From: Dimorphilus gyrociliatus
Taxonomy: Eukaryota; Animalia; Annelida
Assembly (NCBI GenBank): GCA_904063045.1
Contig: CAJFCJ010000009.1
Location: forward strand, 1,302,968-1,366,967
DNA: 64,000 nt
Direction of reading: 5' to 3'
Positions 44,724 to 55,848 of this stretch are shown here, one piece after another; the stretch's first letter is position 1; every line of letters begins with the position of its first letter. A model generated the notes under the pieces. The model saw nothing but the letters and a program-made list of their open reading frames with translations, did not search any database and was not told the DNA's origin. The position numbers and the translations under genes are program-made.

Positions 44724-46509
44724 ATGAAATTTCAAGACTGCCTTCATTGTATGAAATGTTATGAACAGCCGAATACTGTTCAATTACACGTGTTTGAATG
44801 TGGACATTTATATTGTGAACGTTGCAAAGATTATGGTTGGAAAGAGTATATTACGAATATCTTGTAAAAAATTCTTCATTCGCTTTTTTTTCACATTTTT
44901 GTATTGAATTTTCAGTAAAGCAATCTAAATGTCTTATCTGTGATAAGAAAATATCCCATGCGCGAACAATTACCAAGGAACTGAAGGTATTTTGTCAAAG
45001 AAGATTACACATAATACAATCTAATTTCATTAGAATTTATCTAATTCATAGAATGATCCTGTTCTATCCGATTATTTTTTTATGGATACAAAGCACGAAT
45101 TAAAGAAGATTGTGCAATCATTCAATCAACTAAACAAGTCTTTAACAAAAGTAGAGTTTAAATTATTCCAAAAGTTAACTTTATTATTTGTTAACTTGAG
45201 ATTTTTTCAAGATATTGGAAGTAGAATCTTTTCAAGTATCCCATACCTCTCACTTTACTAACAAGTGCCGACAAGATGCAGTTTGTTTCAAATTTTATTT
45301 CTGGACACTTTGTTGTTTATCTGAAAGTATTCTTTTTAGCTACGAGCAGCTGAGGATAAAGATAAAATATCAGCTTACACAAAAGAATTTGAAAAGTAAA
45401 GAACAATATTTGAAAAAATAAATTGCGTGTCTAATTTATAGTTTTCCTTTTGATCAAAATAGAATGAAAACCCAAATGAACATCATGTATTCTAAAATGC
45501 AATCTCAGGAGAAAAAATTGTTGGCTCAATATGAAGAACTTAAAGTACGAAATTGAAATTATATTTCTTAAAACCAACTAAGCATTTGCAGTTTGTCTTC
45601 CATTAGCGAATCTCAAACGACGAGAATAAGAAATCGAAAACTCTATTAACAGAACAAGATCGGTGAATTAAATGAAATGTTTTAATTTTTCAAGATTTCA
45701 ATTAAACTTCGATAAATTTACAGTCAAATTAAACGTTTGACCGATGAGCTGGTATTTTTAAGAAATGAGAATCAACAGTATAAAGGATTAATGTCTGGAG
45801 TGGTTTGCTAAATAATTAATTTTAAGCCTGTCTGTTTATTTTAACTGAAGATCAATGTGTGTTTTATCAGTTTACACGTCTGTCTCCGGAAGCCGCTGCT
45901 GTTGTTAAAGAAAAATTTAAGCAGAAACTGACGCCGAATCAACAAGTGAGATCATAAAATACATCCATACTAATATGCTATAGTAGAGAAGATAGGGGGA
46001 ATAGATAGGACACAAATTCTCCCAATTGGGAAGATTGAAAGATTAATTATTTTTACTTCTAAACTTATGCAAAATATTATTTGAAATTAGAAACAATCCT
46101 CAAGGAGTCAAAAGACGCCATCTTCCGATCAAGTAGGAGCGGAAAGTGCTCTTGGATTAAGTCGGCGTATGACACCTAGAAATAGTCCTTTTGGAGTCAT
46201 AATGTTTGTATCATTAATTAAAGATGCTATAAAAATATTTGTTGTTAAATAGGGATACAAAGGATCCAATAACCGGGTTTGGAGCTCTTGGCGGGGGAGA
46301 TGGTTCTAAACACTCAGAGGTTTGCTTGCAAATGGAATTTATATTTCTTTAATCAATATATTAAATTTTCAGACATTACCATATAGAACCCCTTCTAGAA
46401 TAGGATTTCAGTTCAATCCGTAAGTTTTTGTATGGCTATTTCATTTTCTTAAACCATGAAACAATACTATTTCAGGAGTAGCAGTACGAACTATCAAAAG
46501 GGTAATTAG
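44724..46509 (+). CDS. RNF212/Zip3-like meiotic RING E3 ligase, many short exons
   Basis: MKFQDCLHCMKC...FECGHLYCERC...KCLIC; then coiled coil (ILEVESFQ...) and S/P/T-rich tail; spliced in frame by hand to TAG at 46507-46509. Confidence 0.65.
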
Positions 46510-47247
46510 AATTTCTACAAATAACTCTTAAAATATAATAAAATATTTCTAAATTAGCAACAGGACCAGATACAGCCCTCCACGAATCGTTAGTATATAC
46601 AAATAATTTTGATGAGAAATCGAAAAGTTTATTTCTTTCAGACCATTTCAGAGGTTTCCAAATTTTTTCACTCTTACAACTAAATAAACAAACTATTGGC
46701 AAAGTAATGCAAATGATTGACCACGACGCATAAAAGACAGACGGAAATGACTGTAGAAAGTTCTTAGACAGTTTTTACAAAAAACTTTTAGTTTCAATAT
46801 ATGCTAATAGATAGCACTTTATGAGCATCATAATTATTTAACTCGTTTGTACTAATGTACGGAAAATTCATGATAATGGCTTTATTTCTACGTGATTAAA
46901 AGCAAACTTAACATAAAACAAAAGTTTTATACGAGCTATTCACTGTAAAAAGCTTTTCACCAATAAAATCACATAAAATTATACTAGGTAGAGACCATTA
47001 CAAAAGCTCATAATAAGTTTATAATACCTCTCTAGCCAAGAGCAAACACTTGGCGTGATACGAAATATTTCTTTGCCCTTCAGAATTTTTATGAAAGAAA
47101 CAAAAGATCAATAGAACAATGTACCTGTCTTTGCTCTTAGAAAAGGCTTATGCAATTATTAGATATTTTAAGATTAGAGAGAAATTCAGGACAAGTTACG
47201 AATAATTCATAAAATTGAACGTTTGTAATTAGGTATTGTGTTATGAG

Positions 47248-49427
47248 CTAGTTGTCATTATCGGGCTGATAAGCATGTTTCCAAATATGTGCGAAGCAAA
47301 CCGATGAATGAAATCTAAAAAATAACAATAATGGGGACGAAACATTCAAAACAATCAACCACATAGTTTGACCGATTACTTTGGAGACAGTTTCCATTTG
47401 TAATTCTTTTGCCTCAAAACTACGTGAGGCCCATAGAGCAACATTTCCCAGTAAAATAAATGTAATCGCTTGCCTTCCAGGCTTTTCCTCCCTATCCTCT
47501 GGATTTTTACAAACAACTCTAAGACCAATTGGTATGATAAGACTCTGGAAAATTGATTGGCTGATAGAAAGTAGAGAAGATACAATGCTTAGAACCGGTA
47601 ACAAACTATAGCCATTATCACGAATATAAATTGAATTCGAACCAGCGATTACAAACTCCAATATAAAATTTCCTGCCAAGCCTATTAGCAGCAGAACATC
47701 ATCTACTGTTGGGGCTGAAATTTTGTGGCTAAACTTCCATAGATTATAAATCGCTATAAAGCAACCTATAAACAAGAACAAATGACTGAGAATATCTGAG
47801 TAGTAAAATACCTTCATTGCCGAAGCTGTTTTATCTCTAAGTAAATAATGATGAAAAACAATAATACTAACAACCGAACCGGTGATATGTATAACGCCTA
47901 GAAAGAGGCCTGTGTGAGATTTTTCTAATAAGCTATTTCGCTTTCTTACTAAATTCTCGTTGTTGATGCTGTTGTTGTTGTTATTATTGTTATTACTGTT
48001 GTTGTTATTTGAGGGAGAGAGGGTTCGTTGGCAGCTTCCGGACCCAAGACGATCCTTAGCTAATGACTTTTCTAAAAGCCTTATATACATACAAATAAAA
48101 ATCGCCATTGCAATTAAACTATACTCAAGGACGAAAGGGAAAAGAAAAGGAATGATCTTTGATACATAATAATCTCTCCATTCGGAATTTCCACAATCTG
48201 TAGTGATATTGCCTTTTAAGGACTGGTTCATTTTATGACTTTCATGCTGAAAGGCTTCGTAAATTTCGTTCACTAGGGCTCTCAACCAAACACAAATATT
48301 CGTGCAAATCACGTGACTAAACCCCATTATGGTGATGGGAAGATTTCTTGTTATTTCGGGCTGTTGTAAAAAGAATGGCAAATGGAAGCAGGTGAGTAAT
48401 TTTAGAGTAATTTTAATGTCAATTTCAACAGAAATAACAACTAAAAATTCACTTATTTACCATTGAATGCTTAAAGATGAAGAAGGTCTCTGTTAGTAGA
48501 TAACCCATTCTAAAGAAGTATGTATAGACCGTTCCAAGACTTTTACACCCGTCTTCATTCTGACTGAATGTATATTCAATTTCAAGAGCCGAGTAAGCAA
48601 TATTTCCGACACAGAAAGCTTTTTAGGGTAAAAAAGAACATGATCTGTTTATTTTTTTTTATTTCCATTTACTTGATTAAATATTCAAATATTTTTTTAT
48701 AATTCATGAATATCATCTTAATACCTAAGGCTCCAAGTCTTAAGTAGAAATTTGTTCCACTGTGAAGATCATTCCAGCGATGCTCTATATGAACGACAGT
48801 TGTACTGTTGATTGAAACCCTCGCCGGACGAGGGTCCCCACTAGGTCCGTCTCCTTTTATTAGATACTTTAGAAATATTCGAGCGTTGGGTTCTTTAACT
48901 CTTTTTGGTTCAACAATAAAGAAGTGGCAGTAGACTAAGAATATTGTAGCAATAACGTAAAGGTAGACGAGAAAGATCTTGTGAAGAATAACTATTTAGT
49001 AAAATTGTATGACGAAAATATTTTTGTTATTTTTTACCCCAACGGGAATATTTTTGCCCCAAGTTCTTGTAGAAATCTCGACAACAGGAAAGCCTATACC
49101 CAATGTGATAAGGCATAAACCGTATATAAAGCTTATTAGACAGATGAGAGTCAAAATTGGGCTGTAAATAGGCATAAAAAAAACAAATATTACACTTTTC
49201 TTTTCGCTAACTAAAGGTTACATAATTTCACGGCTAACTTACCGGTCGTTGGTGTTATCAATTGGAATGTTCATAGCATATTCCCTTGAGTTTTCACCAA
49301 CTACTATGTCTTGATTTTCCGTGGTACTGTCAAAAGTTACTTCATGATTTTCACCTTCATCTTCATAATTACCCGATCTCGTTCTACGAAATATTCCTCT
49401 ATCTTTCAAAACGATACTAGATGCCAT
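47248..49427 (-). CDS. Otopetrin proton channel (OTOP family)
   Basis: HVICTNICVW, FPFVLEYSL, EKSHTGLFLG, KPGRQAITFILLGNVALW, FFRFHSSVC. Confidence 0.93.
47958..48010 (-). repeat. AAC/AAT trinucleotide tract encoding poly-Asn in otopetrin
   Basis: Encodes NNNNSNNNNNNNSINN. Confidence 0.9.
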
Positions 49428-50422
49428 TTAAAATATCTTTATTCGATTTCAACAAGTTTCAAAATTAAAAGAAAAAACGAAAGAGTTAAAAGTCTATTAA
49501 TCAGGAAATGATCAATCAATTCTATGTCCCTTCTAGCACATTGAAAAATAGGGCGAACGATAGTCCTTTAGTGTTAAATACATATAGATATATAGGCCTA
49601 ATGATTCAGAATAAAAGAGAAAAAAAAACAATTCTAACGATTAAAAAACGTTAGAGATTGTTAATATATATTATATGCTGTATATATTTACAGATATATT
49701 AAAAAAGAAGGAAATGAAGGGTGTTGAAGGAAAGAGAAGAGGGAGCAACGAGCGAATTGATGGAATAGTTGTTGGGTAGTAATAAATAAAAAAGAAATGA
49801 ATTGTTCTCTTTCCTCACATTGTACTTAGGAGTTTTTATATTTATATTTTTTAAAACATTTTAATGGTATTTGAACAACTAATTTGAACAATTACTCTCC
49901 TTTTTCTTCATACAAATTCCAATAAAGGTAAAGCAATTTGCTTAAAAGTTTATTACGTTTGCTAATAAAAAAAAGTTTTTTTTCTTTTTTTTTTCTAAAA
50001 TGGTGGAAAATTTTTATGATTTAGTCTCTCGTTTTTTTTTAAAGAATGTTTATTACAACCAGTTCGCGCAGGGTGACGGAGAGAGAGAAAGAGAGAGGAC
50101 GAGGGGAGGAGGGGAGGGGGTAAGCGCCATCTATAGTCCTGTGATTACCACGTATAATCCCGTTTAAGGATAGTAAAAAATAAACAAAAGCGGATATATT
50201 AAAGTCGATCGATTTCTTCCAAACAAACTCCGTACTCGTCCACTAACCAGTTGAAATAATAGAGAATTACTTGTCACCGGTAACGTAAAGAGAAAAAATA
50301 GATAGTTTATTTTTTTTCGCAGCACAATCATTTTACACACTCATTCAGTCTGTGGCTCTCGTTCTCTGTCTATCTGTCTGTCTCTCTCTTCTTTCATTTA
50401 CTCTCCTTCCCCCCTCCGCCCT

Positions 50423-50424
<2 letters not shown>

Positions 50425-50468
<44 letters not shown>

Positions 50469-50474
50469 GACTTG

Positions 50475-50506
<32 letters not shown>
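50425..50506. repeat. (CT)n microsatellite upstream of the globin
   Basis: Two perfect CT runs interrupted by ACGACTTGTGCG. Confidence 0.95.
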
Positions 50507-50510
<4 letters not shown>

Positions 50511-50692
50511 CTCTTTTACACCTTCAACTCTGTTCTGCCGCCTACATTGCCTACAATTGACCAGGGCCGCATTCAAGTTGGCGAGCAGGGCGCCATATCA
50601 GCGCAGACAGTGGCAGAGATTTGTTGCAAATTATACAAGAGAAATATTTTTTACCCTACTGCTCTCGGAGCCTTTTCAAAGGAAGAACAATT

Positions 50693-51907
50693 ATGGGATG
50701 TTTACAAAGTAAGGCGTCGGATAAGGGATTTAAAGATCCACCAGCCAAACAGCTGGATTCTCGTTTACCCTTTGAAAATTATAGGCAGTTCTTTAACTTT
50801 AAAAATTCTTGGAAAACTGTAGCAAGGAAAACGGATGCGTGTGCTCAGGAGAATATGTTACTGTAAGATTTTATTTGTCTATTTTTGTTTCTTATTCTTT
50901 TTATTTTTGCTTTTCGATTCGTTTCGTATCGATTTAGGCGTATAAGACATTAGAAGAAATCCAATTCGATCTGACAGTTTCGAGTGCTAAAGGTATTTTG
51001 CAGCCAATCAATTAAAAGCGTTTTTTCCCTACGTAGAAGAATTTTAACGAGCCACATTCCATTTTATAGGCTTAGAAGTTTCTTTTCACTCTGACGAAAA
51101 CAAAAACAAACACCCATACCCGATCAGTCTCTTTAGATAAAGTCGGATTAGGAGACTACGTCGTTAATCTATAATTAATATAACGTACAGTAAAGTTTTC
51201 TATGTACGTTTCCAATAGTCACTATTGACCTTACTGTTTATATTCATATGACTTTTTTGTTGAGCAGTTATAAATCGGGTAATTAGCCATAGACTAGACA
51301 GGAAAAGAAAGTTCTTGGGTCCTAAAGCGATCCTATGAACTTTTTCAATTAATCTTCGTGATATTCCGTTGATCGATAATCTTTATAATAAATTTTCTTT
51401 TTTCTATTCATTTTATATATTCAAAGCTTAATATCTAAATATTAAATGCTAATCAAACAGCTTTTTTGAACGCTTCCCTCAACACAAAGCTTTGCACACG
51501 GATTTAGCGAATTTATCTGAGGAACAATTGAAAATGAGTATGGCTTTTCAAAATCAATCAGAAGCAATCTTTAATCTATTCGACGATGTTCTTCAAAAAT
51601 GTGATAATAACGTCGACGGGGCAATTAGAGATTGTTTAGTTGCGGGAGAAAAACATAAACATATCCCTGGATTTCAACCAGAATATTTTAAAGTATTTAT
51701 TTATATTTTCAAAATAGGCACTACAACTTAATAACTTTCTCTTCTCCTTTCATTATTCAGGATATGGAAGATACGTTTCTACAAGCTTGCCGAACTGCTT
51801 TAGAAGACAGATTCTCAGAGGCAACTGAGCAAAACTTTAAACATTTCTACGGCTTCGTCACCCAACAAATGTGCAGAGCTTTGGGATCTGAGAATAATCG
51901 TATTTGA
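50693..51907 (+). CDS. N-acylated (membrane-bound, globin X-like) globin, 3 exons
   Basis: Exons 50693-50862, 51461-51692, 51761-51907; MGCLQS N-terminus; A-helix W, C2 Pro, F8 His (GEKH), G5 Phe; introns at ancestral B12.2 and G7.0. Confidence 0.9.
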
Positions 51908-52708
51908 ACTTTGTTAATGAAACATTAATATATAAATTCTGTTTTAAAAACAAAATACTATGGAGAAATTGAAGATAGTGGGAAGGGATGAGGGATTTGT
52001 GGGAAACTTCAATTGCTCTTCTGTCTTTTTCTTCCTTAGTTTGAAGGGAATGAAGGATTAGGGAAGGGGCTAAAATATACTGCAGGATTTCGCAGACGAC
52101 GTCTACCTACTATTCTATATTTGATATAAAACTTTGAAATGTTTTTCTCTTTCTCTCTTTTTCTTCTTCTTCTCTCTCTCTCTTTTCATTACCCAGCCGT
52201 GACTATAATAATTTAATTAGGAGTTATTTATATATTTATATACGAATATATACAAACACACGGATTTCTTCTACTGGAAAAATTCTTAGTAAAAGAAGAA
52301 GAAGAAGAAGAAGAAAAAGAAAAGAAGAATGATTCGTTATAAAGGAGAAACTAGCTAAATTTTTCGTTTTCTTAGAAAGTTTGTAAAGTGAAATTGAGTA
52401 GGCTAACGAAAGGATATTGATAAGAAACGGGCGATAATGAAATGTTAAATCAGCAAAAATTGGAAAAACACAAAGTGGGTGGACGTAATGAATTTAGTTT
52501 CTGTCAACTATGTGTCCCTTTTTTATATTTTTTGCCCCTCCCACTGTCTTTCTTTCCTTGCCCACTCCTTCGTTTTGGATACGTTAACGAGCAACCAGTA
52601 GTTTTAACTTCCGGTCTTGGAAACATTTATTTTCTCTTCTAAAAACAAATATTCCTTCCTCCTTTTCATTCAGTAATTAAGAATAGGAAGCAATGCAAAA
52701 GTACTCAT

Positions 52709-55302
52709 CTACTTAACTAACAATCTTTGCAGTATAAATATAAATAAAAACGTATAAATATCAAAAGAATTGCGTGCAGCGAAGCCTTTCTTGTCTTTTA
52801 TATCTTCTACGTTCTCAATTGTCTCTTCATTTGAAGGTATTTCATTATTATTAATAATAATCTCAAGGGGACCTTCATCCAAAAAATATAAATTGATTCC
52901 AGATGACGCTAGTGACACACTTCTCTTCTTTCTCGTTTTAGAGCAGGACCTGTTAAAATTCAAATAACTTTAATGGGAAACAGGACATTGTTTCCGCCCC
53001 TGCTAAAATCATTAATTCGTGTAATTTTGAGTTAGTTTTCCATATGTGCAAACAAAAAATTAATACGAGAGAAGATAAGTTAATAGTGGATAATGATAGT
53101 GATGCTGATAACGACTATTAAAATTGTAGTATATAATATCGATTATAATAATGACAATAAGAAGAGAAAGAAATCTTTCTTCTTTTCATAGTGATGTACA
53201 TTAGAGAGTAGAAGCGAAGGGATAAATGTGGAATAGAGAAGGTTTGATAAGAGGAAGCTGCCCTTTTTTTTTTTATAAATATACTCTATATGCGAATAAA
53301 TGATTTTCTCACAAGCAAAAACAAGCTATATCTGTTTAGGTAGAGTGAAACAAACCTATCGCAGAAATCATTCTTCTCATCCTGTTTACAAACAACAGCT
53401 TGGCAGTGAAGAAAAACTTCTGTATAATTGTTGCCAAAAAACTTGAATGATTGGAATCTAAAGCCAAAGAAAGTCGAATTATAAGGAAAATAGGTCACTG
53501 AAGATTCGGCTTTACATCTGTTCAAGCGGAAAAAAGAACGGTAAGATATGATTAGAAGTTGATTGAAAATTTTAAACACTATTGGATTAATAAACGACAT
53601 GTTCATACTTGTTTTTAATAAAATCGTAAGAGGGAGTTGTATTCGGATCTTTTGTAGGCGTTGCCTTACATTCAGGAACTACAATCTTGAGAGTTCCATC
53701 AATCGTAACTAATCTTATTCCAACATACAAAAAGTCACCGAGTGTTAAACGAGCCGGAAATTGTGTTATCGGATTACTTATATCGTTGTTCATGTATAGA
53801 AGCATTTGAACGTTAAACTTTCCATCTCCAAACTGCGGCTTAGCCGTCTGTTTTTGTGGTAGAAAATCTTTATCGGCGTCACTACGCCTAGGAATTACGC
53901 AATGAACATCTATAAGATATTGGGTTGTACGAGTGATAACACTGGATTCGGGAGGCACGTAATATCTAACTTGGTTTGAATAGATAATATGAGTATCGTT
54001 GGTTTCCGATTTAGTATCACATCCAATAAAGGGTATTAATATTGAAACACTCGAACTGTCCTCTCTCTTATTCACACCGCAATTGTTGGAATTTGCTGAA
54101 GATACACCTAAATTATCCATACCCAATCTTGGTTCCTCCGCTCTCGAGAAGATTGCAGCAATCTTCTCATCGTCACAATCTATGCGAGGTGTTGGCGGAG
54201 GAGGCGGCGTTGGTGTATCTCTTAGACAGGAAACACTTGCCGCCTCCACTAATGAACAATCATGGGGAGTTGTTTTTCGCCTGCAATCTTGAAGTCGTTG
54301 TTCGTCACCAACACAACTTACGTCATCGAAGTCTATAGGCGTTGTAGCGTTTCCATATTCCCCACCCATATGGGCACGCGCGTATGATGGTCTATAAAAG
54401 TGAAGGGGAGGAAGATATACAGTATATATATATATAATAATAATATAGAATGAATGAAGCTTACTCATAGCAGAGCATTTTACAAACAACCTGGGCGTCT
54501 TGAATGCCCCAGTTATCGTCGCAAACCGATCTCCAACCTTGGCCTAGTAAGACCTCAACTCGTCCTTCTGCTAGACTACTACCACCAACAAGTCGAACGG
54601 AATTATCGGCAATACCTGAGATGAATGCGAAATGCAATAAGTAGCTGATTTACTAATTGGTAACTTACAATTAGCAATCGTTGGCGGTCTCTTTGGAGTA
54701 GTTGGTGCGGGCGTGGTTGAAGGTGGCCGAGTCGTTTCCTTCACTCCTAAGCATATAACGCCCGCATCTTGCGAATGATCGCAATTAGAATTACCCCATC
54801 CAATAAATCTACAGTTCAGAATAGTACTTTCATCTCCTTCGCACTCTACGTTATCTAACCAAATCGGACCTGTAGCGGGTGTTATTCTTTGTACTAAATC
54901 CCTAGACATTGCCACTGAATAACCCCTAAGTAGGTAGGAAGAAAGGTAAAAGGTCAATAATAAGATAGCTTTTAATTGAAATGAAAAGAAATAACAAACA
55001 AACCTATAACCCAGCATTTTACAAATAACAGAAGCTTCTGCATTATCCCAATTATCATCGCAAATCGTTCCCCATTGATTATCGTAAAATACCTCCACTC
55101 TACCGAGATTTTCCGCCTCTCGTAATCTAACTTTAAAATTAGCCGTCTTCGATGGTGTAACTGTTTATTGATTTCAACGATTGATTTTACTTTTTTTCTT
55201 TTTAAAAAAAAAATCGTTATTCATTTGATTGATCATACCTTGAGCTTTTGTTGAAGTCATTAAGCATAGGGAAGAGAGGGCGGCGAAGAACGGAACGAGC
55301 AT
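52709..55302 (-). CDS. Secreted or membrane-anchored 2xSRCR-ZP domain protein (DMBT1/CUZD1-like architecture)
   Basis: Signal peptide MLVPFFAALSSLCLMTSTKA; SRCR GRVEVFYDNQWGTICDDNWD; second SRCR; Pro/Thr linkers; ZP domain; furin site RKKR; hydrophobic C-terminus. Confidence 0.9.
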
Positions 55303-55810
55303 TATTATAGTTGTACAAAACTTAAGCTGCTTAACAAAGTACTATTAGTTAAGAGAATTGAATAAGTTATTATGTAACACTTACTTTGAACGCAATCAAG
55401 TATGCATCACTTAATTATTTACAGAGAAAAAAGGGAGGCGGTTGACACTGTACCCGCCAATACCGTCTCTAAGGCAACGGGTCAACAACGCATGCGCGCG
55501 CCAAGGTATGAAGAAAAAAAAAACATGGAATGGCGCGACCATCGATTATCCAAAGAATTTAGCCTATAGAAAAGAAAAAGGGCTATTTAATAAAATAATA
55601 TAATCTAGAAAATATTTACAAATCGCATATACTCGGTGGACAAACAGAGTTTATTTATTTTACTTATCTAAAAATCTAGTAAAGGTGAGTTTAAATATTC
55701 TCAATTTTCTACCTTGTTTGCCTCTAATAAAAAAAAACAACTAATGTTTATATTTGCAGGTTCGGACACGTGTTTATGATAACATTGATTTTCTTTAGTA
55801 ATTTATAGTT

Positions 55811-55840
55811 CGTTTTCGAATCGAATCTGATTCGAAAACG
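55811..55840 (+). other. Perfect 12-bp hairpin in the PTP 5'UTR
   Basis: CGTTTTCGAATC-GAATCT-GATTCGAAAACG, ending 8 nt before the ATG at 55849. Confidence 0.75.
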
Positions 55841-55848
55841 CAAGAAAT

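Noticed and set aside
54926-55003. Hydrophobic insert inside SRCR domain 1 in ORF 54571-55098
   Set aside because: It is a 78-nt stop-free 3n intron with good GT-AG signals; open frames of this length are plausible by chance in T-rich introns.
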